Assembly: GCA_000708835.1 (NCBI GenBank)
Contig: DF237116.1
Location: 99,117 to 163,116, forward strand
Length of the DNA: 64,000 nucleotides
From: Klebsormidium nitens
Taxonomy: Eukaryota; Plantae; Klebsormidiophyceae
Reading direction: 5' to 3'
The notes beneath the pieces are model-generated. The model saw only the letters and a list, made by a program, of their open reading frames with translations. It made no database searches and had not been told where the DNA came from. A program made the translations under genes and the position numbers. How positions within the stretch are numbered: the first letter of the stretch is position 1; each line of letters starts with the position of its first letter. Below are positions 32,801-44,800 of this stretch, piece by piece.

Positions 32801-35800
32801 GGTCTGCCGACCTAGTCACTCACTCCGTATCTTGATTTGTCGGCTTGTGCTGGTCATCAACAGGCGGGTCTTCGGAGGACTTAGTCTTTCCTCGTTGGTT
32901 TCATCCGGTTTATCGCTCCGGTTTGCGATTTGTGACCCCTATATCAAGCGCGAGTTGCCGCGGTTTGTTGTATCACGGAAGTCTCTATCATTTGGTTTAG
33001 ACGACACTTCAAGTAAGCGATCGATAGGACAGGCCAAGTTGCCAAGTACGGGCACGCCAAGAATGTGCGTAGATTGGCATGAATGCTTGAACCCTTCTTT
33101 CAATTATGCTCCTTTTGCAGAACCTGGCTTCGCTGGCGCTTTGCTCGACAGCATGAGAATTGGCTTGCATGCTGAAAGCGAAGAGCGGCAAATGAGAGTC
33201 CTTCGAATCCTCCACAATTTTCACAGATGCACACCAACCGTATTGTCTCTTTTCAACTTCCTTTCTATTCTGCAAACCGACTGTCGAGGAAAAAGCGTTG
33301 GCAAGGAAAAGGCTCCTTCTCGTCACTTTGTAATGATTCGATACTTGAGCAGTTCAAGTAGGTTCGGTTGAGTATAGTTGGCTCCAAGGGGGCTTGGACA
33401 AGGACAAACGGTGCCGTCTGGCGGCTTCGCCAAAACGGCAGGCTCTAGGTTGGACGCCTTGTTGTGACGTTGATTTAGGCACGTCTCTGTTTGACTGCTC
33501 CAATGTTCGGCTTGCGGGAAGGCTTTGTTTCTACATCTCAGTTATAAGGCCAGGACGACGCTCCCCTTGGCACACTTGTCAACAACTGTGAGATTAGAGG
33601 CCCGAACTCGAAATGATGTTTCGCCCAACTAGTTCCAAAAACAAATCTTGCCCATACTTAACCATGCCGTCCAACTTTGCTCAACTTTCCTCTCGAGTTT
33701 GCTCACTGGTTTCTGTTGCTGCTCAATGTTGTCGACCTTTGTTGGATCTGCTCTGGTTTTAAAAATATAGGGCAATGACGAGTTGGGCCTTGACGGATTT
33801 GCCACGCTGATGGGCGGCTGAACTTCAAAGTCCCTTAAAGTTCATTATACATAGTTCTGCGGACCGCCGACCTGGTGAAACATCATGGCTAGCCATTTAT
33901 TACAGGTTGTCGGCTTCGTTGTAAGGTTCAGACTGCCTTCTGCGATTGGGTTCGTCTCCATCGGTCGGATCCTTCTTAATTGGTCCTTTGCAAATACGTG
34001 CCTAAATCCTGGCACGTCCTCTGATAACCTACCTTGTCATGCAATACATGCAACCATTAACTCGGAGGCCAAGCTCGATCGTCATTTTTCGCTCCAGCAA
34101 ACGGTGCATTCCCACGTATGGCCGGTTGAAAATTGAGCTGGTTTAAAGGGGCTTGGGCCAGGACAGACTGCAGTCTGGCGGCTTCGCCATACTCTGGAGC
34201 AACTGGATGCCCAATTGTGACGTTTGATTCGTAGACGTCATTAGGTGACGGCTTAATATTCCAGATCCCTGTAAGCCTTTGAAGGGCCAGGACGACGCTC
34301 CCCTTGACATCCTTGTCACCACGTCAAAGGTCGAGTTGGAGGCCCACACCCAGAATCAAAGGTCGCTCAAACAGTCTATATTTGTACAGTCTGTATTTGT
34401 AAGCATTCCGTCTCAAGCTAGCTCATCTTTCTCATCGAGATTGTTTTACTGTTCTGTCTCTGCTTACCTATGTTGGAGAGTTCTTCTGCTTTTGCAGAAG
34501 AGGGCAAGGACGAACTGTGCCTTGGAATCGTTGCCAAGGCATGCTAGGATCGTGGGATGCCCTTGGCCGATGTTTCGTGTCTTGGCTCTTGTCCGCGAAA
34601 CCTGTCCATGATTGCGACGGTCAAGAAACGCGTTGAACTCCGTTTTGCGGATCGTCGGTTTTGTTCTCAGAATGTGGTCTGCAATCGGATTGGTCTGCTC
34701 ATCGGATTCATCCTATGAATTGGAATCTTCATTGATCAAAACGCGCTGACACGAAGCGCCATTTGCAGTCGCCTTGCTGCTATACACAGAGAGCCCATTG
34801 GAAATTGTTAAAGTGACTAACGGCTTGAGCGAAGTGTTATTTACGGGCACGTCCAAGCTGATCGCAGCAACGCTGAATGTCATTTCCCTCATGTTTGCAG
34901 AATGTTGGCTTCCTCGGCCTTTGGCGCGATTCAGAAGGCGGATCAGCCCGCTAAGTTTTGGAGCGCGACAAAGAGTTTGACATTTCTGCATCTATCTAGA
35001 AGGTTTTGGGAACCTCCATAAACGCGAAGTTACTGTATAGTCTTTCCTCGAATCATACTTTCTTATGAGTGCAGAACGTCGGCTTCATCGGCCTTGGCAA
35101 TATGGGCGCCCGTATGGCGAGCAACCTGCTGAGCGCTGGATTCCGCTTGGTGGTTCACGACCGGAACGTTGCTGCTGTGGACGAGATGAAAGCGAAGGGC
35201 GCGCTGGAGGGACGGGATCCGGAGGAAGTCGCTTCGCAGTCAGATGTCGTTATCACCATGCTGCCGTCATCTCCAAACGTGAGTAGCTCCAACAGAGTAT
35301 TTTCGAGTTACTTGGTTTCTGCTGATTACCCATCCGGTCCGATGTCTAAGACCGGAAGTTGGAAGCAGTGGTCGACATGAAAGCGGAGGGCGGAGGGATC
35401 CAGAAGAAGTTCTTTTGCCCTCGGACGTCGTTACTACCATGGCTGCCGTCATTATCAGCCGTATGTAAACAGAGTTTCGTTCATGTGCTTTCGGGCTCGT
35501 TACATTGACTTGCTTTCGAAAGTTGACCGCCACGGCCATTAGAACCAAAGCGTGCGGTGCAGGAAGTTGTTATGAAAGATTGCTTTCAGCAGATTTTCGT
35601 CGTCACAAGGTTTTGGTGATCTGCAGATCTGAGTAACTTACGGCCTCACCCAGTGGTTCAAAACCAACGCCTCCGGTCAGAGCATCATTACCGTTGTCAA
35701 CCGCTCGTTAATCGTGGCCCGATTTCGTAACCACCCTCTTTAACCCCTCGTACAACCACCCGCTTTGAACGACAGGTAGATGACGTATTTTTGTGCCCAA

Positions 35801-38800
35801 CGGATTCGTCCGGGTAACTTATGGCCTAATCCAGTGACACAAAACTAACACTACTGGTCAAAGCATCCTTACCGTTCTCAACTGCTCGTCAATATTCGCC
35901 GCTTTTCCTAAGCACCAGCTTTTAACCGCTTTGCTACCCACCCGTTTCGAACAGCAGGTAGAAGACGTGTTCTTGGGTCCAGCGGAATCCTCCGCTTATC
36001 TTTTGGTTTACCACGGTCTGAGACAGTGCTCCCGGTTACAGCATCTTTTCTGCCATTCACTGCTCGTCAAATTTCGCCGCTTCAGTTAACCACCCGCTTG
36101 TAACCGCTTCGCTGACCACCCGTTTCGAACGACAGGTCGTAATTGTGTACTTGGGACCTAGCGGGATTCTCCCATTCACTAATGGTTCGTTCTGTGACCA
36201 GCGCTCCCGATTCCAGCATCTGTACTGTCTTCAGGAGCTCGACCATTTCGGCCCCTTACCTTAACCAGCCGCTTTAAACCGCTCCGCTAACCACCCGCTC
36301 TCAACGACAGGTAGAAGACGTATACTTGGGGCCCAGCGGAATCCTCCGGTCAACGCACGGCTACTCGAACGTACGGCCAGTTCTGTTGATCGACGCGTCG
36401 ACGATAGACCCAATGACGACCAAAAAAGTGGCGGCGGCGGTCCAACGAAGCAAACTCGCCGATGAATCAAGTAAGTGCAATCTGAGGTCCTCCAAAAGCA
36501 CCCCGGACATTTGCGCTTCTCACCTATGCGTTCCCTTGCGCTTCCGGCAGATTCGGTGATTGAAAGAGCCTTTACAAACGGACAGTGGAGAAAAACCTTG
36601 ACTGCAATTATCTCTTCGCATCGACGCAATGCGCTGCTTGTTCTCGTCGCTGGAGATTTTCGTTAATGTGAAAGACTTCAATACAGGCGCGCTTCGCATT
36701 ATCATCTAGTATCAAACGTGGTTCTTCCTTTCAGCGGCTCCGTCATAATCCTGCGCAGCATCTTAATCCGATGGAACTTACTCCGATTTGCACGCATTAG
36801 TCCACATCTGACCCCTTGATTTACTTTGCTTTGTTTTCACCAATGTGCTTGCTTGCTTCCTGTTGCAGAGCACCTAGACAGCCGGTGGCACCAGCCACTA
36901 TTGCTAGTCACGCCAGTCTCTCGGAACATCGCCGGGGCGAACAGGCGACCCTCACCTTCATGAAAGGCGGGGAGATCTGTTTCTACATTTCGTCATTCAT
37001 GCGCTCTTCGTTTTCTTTTGCAGAGTACTTAGATAGCCGGTGGCACCACCCGCTGTTGCTAGATACGCCTGTCTCGGGGGGCATTGTTGGGGCGGAAAAG
37101 GCGACCCTCACCTTTATGGTGGGCGGGGAGACGGTCGCCCTCGACGCCGCCCGGCCCTTCCTGTCAGCAATGGGGAAGAGCATCGTTCACTGCGGGAGCA
37201 CGGGTAGCGGACAGGTAAGAAGCTTTAAGTTAGGTCTCTCGATATTTTCGTGTCTACCTGCCGGAGAAGACAGTCTCTGTTGAGCACTTGCACAATGGAT
37301 AGTTCTGCTGCAGTTCTGAGCCGTCATGGCAAGAGTTAGATTCCTTTCGCTGTTGGCCGTAACTGCGTTCTTCCTCGTGGCGATACGAATCTGATCACCA
37401 TCGTTCTGCCCCCGTTCTGCTTTCTCATGTCTCATTGTGGCTAACGTTACCGTCCACCCCGGCTGCTTTTTGGACTGGCCGAGGTGGAGCGTTTACTGCT
37501 TGCAATCTCGTTGGTCCTTTACATTAGACGTATTCACAGCGTCGTCATCTAGGACGCTCTTCATGCCATCACTTTCGCTCTGGTATCCAATACGTCGATT
37601 GAAAACGCCGTTTTTGACTTTGCGCTCCGCGTGGCAACATGGCCGCCGCAACGGCCGGCAAAACTGTCGGCGTTTGTTCGCATGTCACACTACAACATTC
37701 CGCCCGTGTTATCATTCCCCCCGTCATCTGCTCGGCGGAGCAAAGGAGACTTGTTACGGGTTCGAGCTAGGCGCCATTCTGTGTCGTTTTTGGCGTGTAG
37801 TGAAACTACGGTATGCTCCTGGTCACGGGTTGGTTTACCCTTCTTTATGTCCGTGGCAGGAATTCTGACGCCATGGGACGTTGTCGCCCACACACTCACG
37901 GGTTGAAGTGATGCTGCTAGCGTAGGCTAATGATGCAGCATCCGAAAGCTTTCCTAGTCCATATTCTGCTGTTCCTAATTGTTTTGCTCCGGCCCTTAAA
38001 ATCCGCACTGCAAAGCTCAGCTCTCGTTATTCGCAAAGGAGCGGAGATGAGCTTACATTGTCGAGAGATTGGACCAAAGAAATTGCCGGTTTGCGAGCCC
38101 CTCGTTCCTGGCTTGAGCATGTGCTTAATCCTTGCTCAATCTGCTGGGCCGGTCCTGGTGATCGAACTTTCCGGTCTATACATCCGATCTCACGGCCTGC
38201 GGTAGCTGCCAGGCTCCTGTAGTTCCCGTTCTTTCTGATCCGACCATGTCGATGAGTTTCGAAAGATCATACGTCCATGTACTGCTTTATAATCTGCTCA
38301 GGTGCTCTGGCGTTGTGCATGTGACGAATCCCGTCCTGATTCCCGTTTCTTCGCATCGCCCTTGCGTTGTCCTTTGGTCTGCGCACAAGGTGCACCACGT
38401 TTTGCCCTTGTAGACAAACAGATCTGTTGGCAAGGCAAGGCAAAACCTTGGCCACGCTCCGATGTAAGGAGATGAGCGGGCTTTCTTCGGAACTCAAAAG
38501 TTTAATATCACGAAGGACGATATTCGTCCACATACCTTTCTCCAAGCTGTAGACATCAAGCAGTAATGTTTAGTCTCGCTTCCCTGGGTCATGCGCTCCT
38601 TCCTTCTAGCGCTGGTTATGTTTTGTCTTCGCTCGTAATGTGAATCTGGCCGTGAAGATATCCCGTCCGTTCGCTGGCCACTTGAGCCAATTGCGGTAGG
38701 GATTTGAGTCTGAGGCCACTAGCCCTTCTCGTCGTTCATCCATGCTTTGGTACGGGCTTGATTGTGTGACTCTATGTGTTCTTCACTTTGATCATAGATG

Positions 38801-41800
38801 AAGCAGCACCTTTGGGTTCTCAATACCCTACGATTCAATGCGCTGGATTCCAATCCGCGTCACAGTGTTGCACAGAAGCTTTTCGGTCACTTCGCCTCTT
38901 TGTATGGAGCACTCCAGCGGAATAACCGGTTTGCATCCCTGATCGCTCACACACAGCCACCGCAAGAGTGCTTTTGTAAGGAGCCCACTTTGCTTTGATG
39001 TGCTCATTGTTGAGCTTTCGAACGCAGTCAATTGGCGCTCTCCCTGGGCCAGAAGCTATATCATGACCATTATGTTAATAGTGCTGCATCTGTGCAAGGG
39101 CAAGCTGGGAGCTTTTTGACGCCCATCTTTCCGAAAGCGCGCACTTTCAATGATGAGGCCTGGCACTGGGGGCCCGATGCGTTTTTCTGATCGTGATCAC
39201 TTTCCGAATCAATCCAAGTGCCGTATACAAGTCTGCAGCAGAAGTTACCACTTTATTCTGCCACTTTGTCTTTCCAGACGAAGAGAACGTTTTGGGCTCT
39301 TCAGAATGACTGAGACTCTCATCCGTGACAGATTACCGCAGCGACTCGTTTGAGTCGGACGTCGTTCTTCAATGCTCTCACACTTCTACTGAGACGTCCA
39401 AAAGGTTCGGCAGACTTTATCTGATTACGCTTTGTAAGACTGTACCGAATAAGATGGCTTCTTACGTTGCTGAAGCTTTGCCTATGATTAGCAGCGGAAC
39501 CGCCGCAAAAGTCTTGCGGCGAGGTGGTCTTTAAAGTGGAGATTTGTTGAAGATGGTTGTCTTCTGTTGTTTGAGGATGAAGCGTGTCCGGTAGCAGTTC
39601 TAGCCGGAGCTCTTGAGGGCGCGAGTCGATGCACTGCCAGCATAAAAATATAAGCGTTTCAGGACGGCAAAGCTTGGAATGATGTATGTTTTGGTGTAAC
39701 CTCTTAAATTCAGAGGTTTTACTATGTGTCGGCAAGTAGTGGTGTTTCCATGGGGACGTGTATTCTATCTGCCCCCAGTCGAGCTTTGTCTTGTATGACG
39801 CCGGCCCAAACTTCACTCTGCAAACCAGAGAACCACTTGGAAAAGCGAAAGTGTTTGGCAGGTGTTTGGCTCCCGCTTCTTTCAGCCACCACGTGTTCTT
39901 TTGCATTCATGGTTGTAGAATTGTATGGCGACATCTTTTGTGACTGTCCTGCCCTGCATCCGTTTGCCTCTTTTTGCCAGGCAAGATGGCTCGTGCACTT
40001 TTTATGTGGCTTGCGCATTGGAGGTTGTGGCAGTTGCCTTTGAGGGTGTTCAGCTTTTACTGAGTAGACGTGTCGGACATCTGCTCACTTCTAGCTAGTC
40101 AAGCCAATCTGTGCTAGTATTAAATTTGGCCTTATGCTTGTTCGAACAATGTACCCACGACTGTCATGCATGAAAACACATCAATTGCCGCGGACATTGT
40201 CCTTTCGGCTCTCAAAGCCTCGTGAATCTTTTGAAGCGACTGTAGTGCAAAGAGCGGGGCAAAGACGAGCTGCGAGTGTTTGGCCGGTCGAACTTTCCCC
40301 ATAAGTTGGCCAACAGTGTATGGTAGATGCCTCTGGTGCGGGTTTGACACTTCCTTTCTCTAGGCGCCGGTTCGAACTTGAAATTGCAAGGAACTTCCGC
40401 ATGTAGTCGAAGCACCCCGCACCCATGCTTAAGTCCGTAAATCAGTTTTGTTGGCGTAGCATTCTGCTGCGATACGCTTCTTGGCGGATTGGAGCCTTTG
40501 TGGAGATGACTTTGTCGGCTTGCAGCTGTCGAGTGCCTCTTATTGCAGCAAATGCTTCTCAAAGCGCATGACAAAACGAGTCTCGCTCATTGGGTTGCTT
40601 GGACGAAAGGCCCGCTTCTTGAACGATAAGAGGACGGAAGATATATGTGTTGACAATCAAAAACTAGCTCGTTACCTTTTAGAATCATTTTACTACGTTG
40701 GCAGCACGTTCCCGGCGGTGTTTGCGACATTGTGTAGTCTGCGCGGAAACATACGCGCAGAAAAGGATGCTAGCAGTCGATTCCGATGGAAATTGCAAGG
40801 AATTTTCTTGGTCTGGTCTAAGTCCCACCTCCTCGTTGGCACCTCCTCTACATAGCTTCCCCTAACATCATTAGTTGGGCGGAGACTCCCTCTTCATAAC
40901 TTCCCCAACATCATTATTTGGGCGGTATGTCTGGATTCCTACAACCTTCCGCCAGCGGCCAGGATGCACACCGCGTCTGAGAGCTATGAATAGTCTTAGC
41001 GGCTCACTTGGCGATTGATGAAGTGCCCGCTCCATCCAAGCTAGTCATGCTGAGATGTCTCGATCAAGAGTCCCACAGGATGGCACAACCGTGGTCAAAC
41101 AACGTGTCCTGTAATCAATTTGAGAGATCTTTCAAGTTGCTGTGACTCCTTTCCTTAGTTTGAAAGCGGACGCTCCTTTGCTGCCTTGCGGAAAGAACGA
41201 AGTAAAGCCGACAAGAAAGCAAACGCCAATTAAAAGGATTCGCGTTAAGGGCAAGTGTTGCTGGTGTTGCTGGTGCTCAATGGTTCTGGGATGTAACCGA
41301 TGGTGCGGCTGCTTATTTGGCAAAGTCTACTCAGCAATGATGTCGCGTGCAATTGGGACGCCACAACGTTAACGTGGCGGCTCAACAATCGTCAACTCCC
41401 TTTGAAGCTGTTGTTTTCTTATGGGTGTTGTCGTCTATGGGCTGACGAAATCCTCCTGACTGATTTTTGAGATTTCTGCACGTAGTCCAATCGTGCCTGT
41501 CTCGGGCAGGATGGGTTGCAATTGTTTTACAGTATGAGATCTACGTGACATTATGACCGCCAGGGAAACCAGCAGCTGTTGAGAATAGTACGTACATAGC
41601 TGGTTTCACCAACTTCGAGCTCAAGACGCCCTTGCGGACTTCACATGTATCATATAAAAGGGGCACCTTATCTCAGCGGTAATGTTCAGACACAACGTTC
41701 ACGGTATCGTGCAAAGCACTCGCGTTAGCACACCACCACTAACGGTTGCACACCCCTTGCGCTGAAGTAAAGAAGGGCCGTCCAGGGATTGCTCGATCAT

Positions 41801-44800
41801 CTGGTGCGTCTGCCCTTGAATTCTCGGTTAATTCATGATAGCACTTTTTGCAGCAGGGGCCGTGGTAAAAGTGCGTCCGTCTGGTCGAATAGTGTGTCGA
41901 CGCATGGCAGTTCCGCGTCTGGCGCTTTGACGCTTGCAGCCTGCCTTTCTGGCAGGGGTACGGCTACTGGCTTGGTGCCTGCTTTCACGTGGAAAAGACA
42001 GGGAGGATTGAGGTGGTCGGGACGAAACTGGTGCCCAAGCCCTTCTACTGTGGCCCACGCATGCTTTGGATTCTGCCAACGGAACGCACAAGCGTTCGCA
42101 AAGCCATTTCAACCACCTTGCTGTCGGTGAAAACGCAATGTGTCTGGATATTATGAGGAAAAAGTTGTAATGGTCGATGGTGAAGCACTATCGCAAGGAT
42201 GAGGTGACCGGTTGCAGGGCTCTTTGTAGCTCAGAGTAAGTGCTGGACTATTCTGACTTGGAAAGGTCGACACAGTCTTTTTTGAAAAGCCTTCTTTTAG
42301 GTTGATTGTCTCCTGTCCAACAGGTATTCAGCCTGGCGGTCGGAGCTTTGGGTCAGGCTAGGAAAGTGCTGAATTTGAGAAACGGGGCCATCGGTCTACT
42401 TAGTGTGGACGTCGTACTTGGTGATGATTTACCGTGGTAAAGCTTGGCAACCTGCTCATTTGAGAGCTGTGAGCGCCCTCTCTCCCTTGCAAGTTCACGC
42501 GGCCATTTCGAACCTGCTCGTGCTTCGAAACGCTCTGCCTCGATCGTGCGGCTAGGATACTGGTCTTGGTGGAACCGCGTGACTCTTGTACGGCTCAATG
42601 CTGCTTACCCCGATCCTGATGCCGCCCACCTTTTGATGGGGACAATATGCTTAAGCACATGTCAAGCGGCACCGTTTGATGGCTGCATTAGCGGAGCTAT
42701 ACCTGAACCCCGGCGTTGATACTTGCATCTGTTTGTGATTTTGCAATGGAACCAGCCCGAACCAGGAACTATCCGTGAAATCAAAATCTTGAACCGTCTC
42801 CTATTTTAATCATTTATTGTTCCCGCGCCAACACGTTATCTTGCGCTCCGTCTCCGATTTTAAGCCTTTTAAATCCAGTTAAGGCAACGTTTTGCCCACC
42901 ATATCGTTCACCAGTTGATGCTTCCTGTCTTGGGAGACCTGTAATTGAACAGGTTGTCTAAATTATTCGCAAGTACAGTGGTTTAGTTACAAGACCCATA
43001 AAAGTAGAATCAAGAGCCCAGGAGCGGGCTTTTATCTACACCTCGCATTACATACTTTGCAGCAAGAATGCTAGTGTGTCATTGAGCTGCTTAGACTTCT
43101 GCGCGGCTCATTGATGTTACGCTTGCGCACTGATGCTGTCGAGATTCCCGTGTTCTAAAGAAGCGCTCGACCATGAGAGGTCGGCAGTTTCTGCACTTGC
43201 TTCGTCCAACATTGGCGACCCGGACTGGTAGCTTATTCTATGACCGGATACGCAAGGCCAGCAAGCATGCCAGTCTTGGAATCCTTGTACGGAAGAAAGT
43301 CCGTTCTTCACATGATGACGAAGAAAGGGCAATGCTGTCTATGTACGATGTAGTGCTGCTGTTTTTTGTGCTATCCAAGTGCCTTGATGTACATGCTAGG
43401 ATTGTTCATCCACCTTTCTTGGTTGGAATAGGACGGCACCAACCCAACTCTGCCAGCTGCGAGTCACACCAGGTTCGTTTACGTGCTCGAACGTGTTTGA
43501 AGGAGACGACGACCACTTTCTCGCATGCGAGACCCTAAACTGTCAGGTTGTGAAGGCGTGTCGACTGTACGTATGTGCGTGTATGTGCTGAGAGAGTGCA
43601 CCCAACTGTTATTGTTCAGCCATAAGAAACCCCTGATCTATGGTCAAAAAATTGGCATTTGTTTTTGGGGCATCGTCGCGGATGCCCAACGCTCTATAAG
43701 AGCATCCTAAGAATGTTATGCGGAGTCCACGCTTGCATGCAAGTGCGTAAGGACTGTCCGTACGGCCGTCCCTCGTGATGGCTTCGCCTCATCTGTGCAT
43801 AGTTAGCGCTCAAAGCTTCGTAGCTCAAACCCCGAATGTCTCGTAGGACTGGCAGCTAAGAAGGTCAGCGGGACTGGGAACGGAAGATCTTGGCGGCCCA
43901 GAGGACTCGCGATGTCATCTGATGCTGCATACTCGCCGAATTGCTGTTAAACAAGGTGCTCCAAGTATTGTTCTTGATGTACTAGGACCGCTCGTACGCT
44001 TTCTTGTCTACCCTTGCGTGATGTGCCAATAATTCAGCACCGAATCGCAAAAGTTTTCTGGCTAGTTTTGAACTCTTGACAGGGGCATTCACGTCCCACG
44101 TGGGTCTTATGCACCTAGGTTTGTATTGAAGCGCAGCATGCCGCAACGCCTGAGCTAGGCAGCCGCTTAGTGATTACGCGATCCAAGCAAGAAGTTAACC
44201 CCCTGTTTTTCATATCCTCTGAAGATTTTGTTGTCCCTCAACATTGCATTCTCCACCTTTGGCTCGGTTCCTCCTTCGGCTTCCTCTTGTATAAGAGCTG
44301 TTGTCCGGATTAAATCATGAGCTTTTGGAACACCTTGGAAAGATTTTGTTGGGGAGCTCTTGATCTTCTCAACATCCGGTGTCTTCTTGTACGACGTCGC
44401 ACGAAGTTTGAAAGCCCTTCAATTTTGAAGACATGCAAATAGCAGTGAGGACGTAATGAAAAGTGGGTCGCTGCTAATCCAAGGCGCTCACGCATATGGT
44501 CTCTGTGGCTGTTGGAAGACAATTTAGCAAGCCCATTGCAATCTGGAACGGGGCTGCTTTCAACACGATAAACTTTCCTGCCACATTGCGCTGCTTTTTG
44601 GGTCCTCGTTTTGGGCCGACCTTTTGCATTCGGTTCAAAGTTAGAGCGTGTATTTTTTATCGGAATCTGCGAGGTCGAGATATTCGCAGCAAAAACATGG
44701 CATTCGCCGAGGCTGGACTTCTTAGCGGCTTTCGGTTAAGAACTTGACCTTGCTGCGGTCGCGGGCAACCGGTCGAGAACCTTCTTCCGATCGTCTTGTG

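Noticed and set aside
33394-33440. [14 protein letters not shown] resembles exon 20212 (EKDEDRCRLAISTLKR)
   Set aside because: The match depends on a frameshift peculiar to this one repeat copy, nucleotide similarity is low, and sister copies do not show it.
19340-36360. Regularly spaced repeats as a CRISPR array
   Set aside because: The repeats are degenerate copies of host exon boundaries in eukaryotic introns, spacers are related to each other, and no cas genes are present.
39319-40855. ORFs of 105-195 aa inside the 8-kb intron as a nested gene or transposase
   Set aside because: No recognisable motif, codon bias or splice structure.
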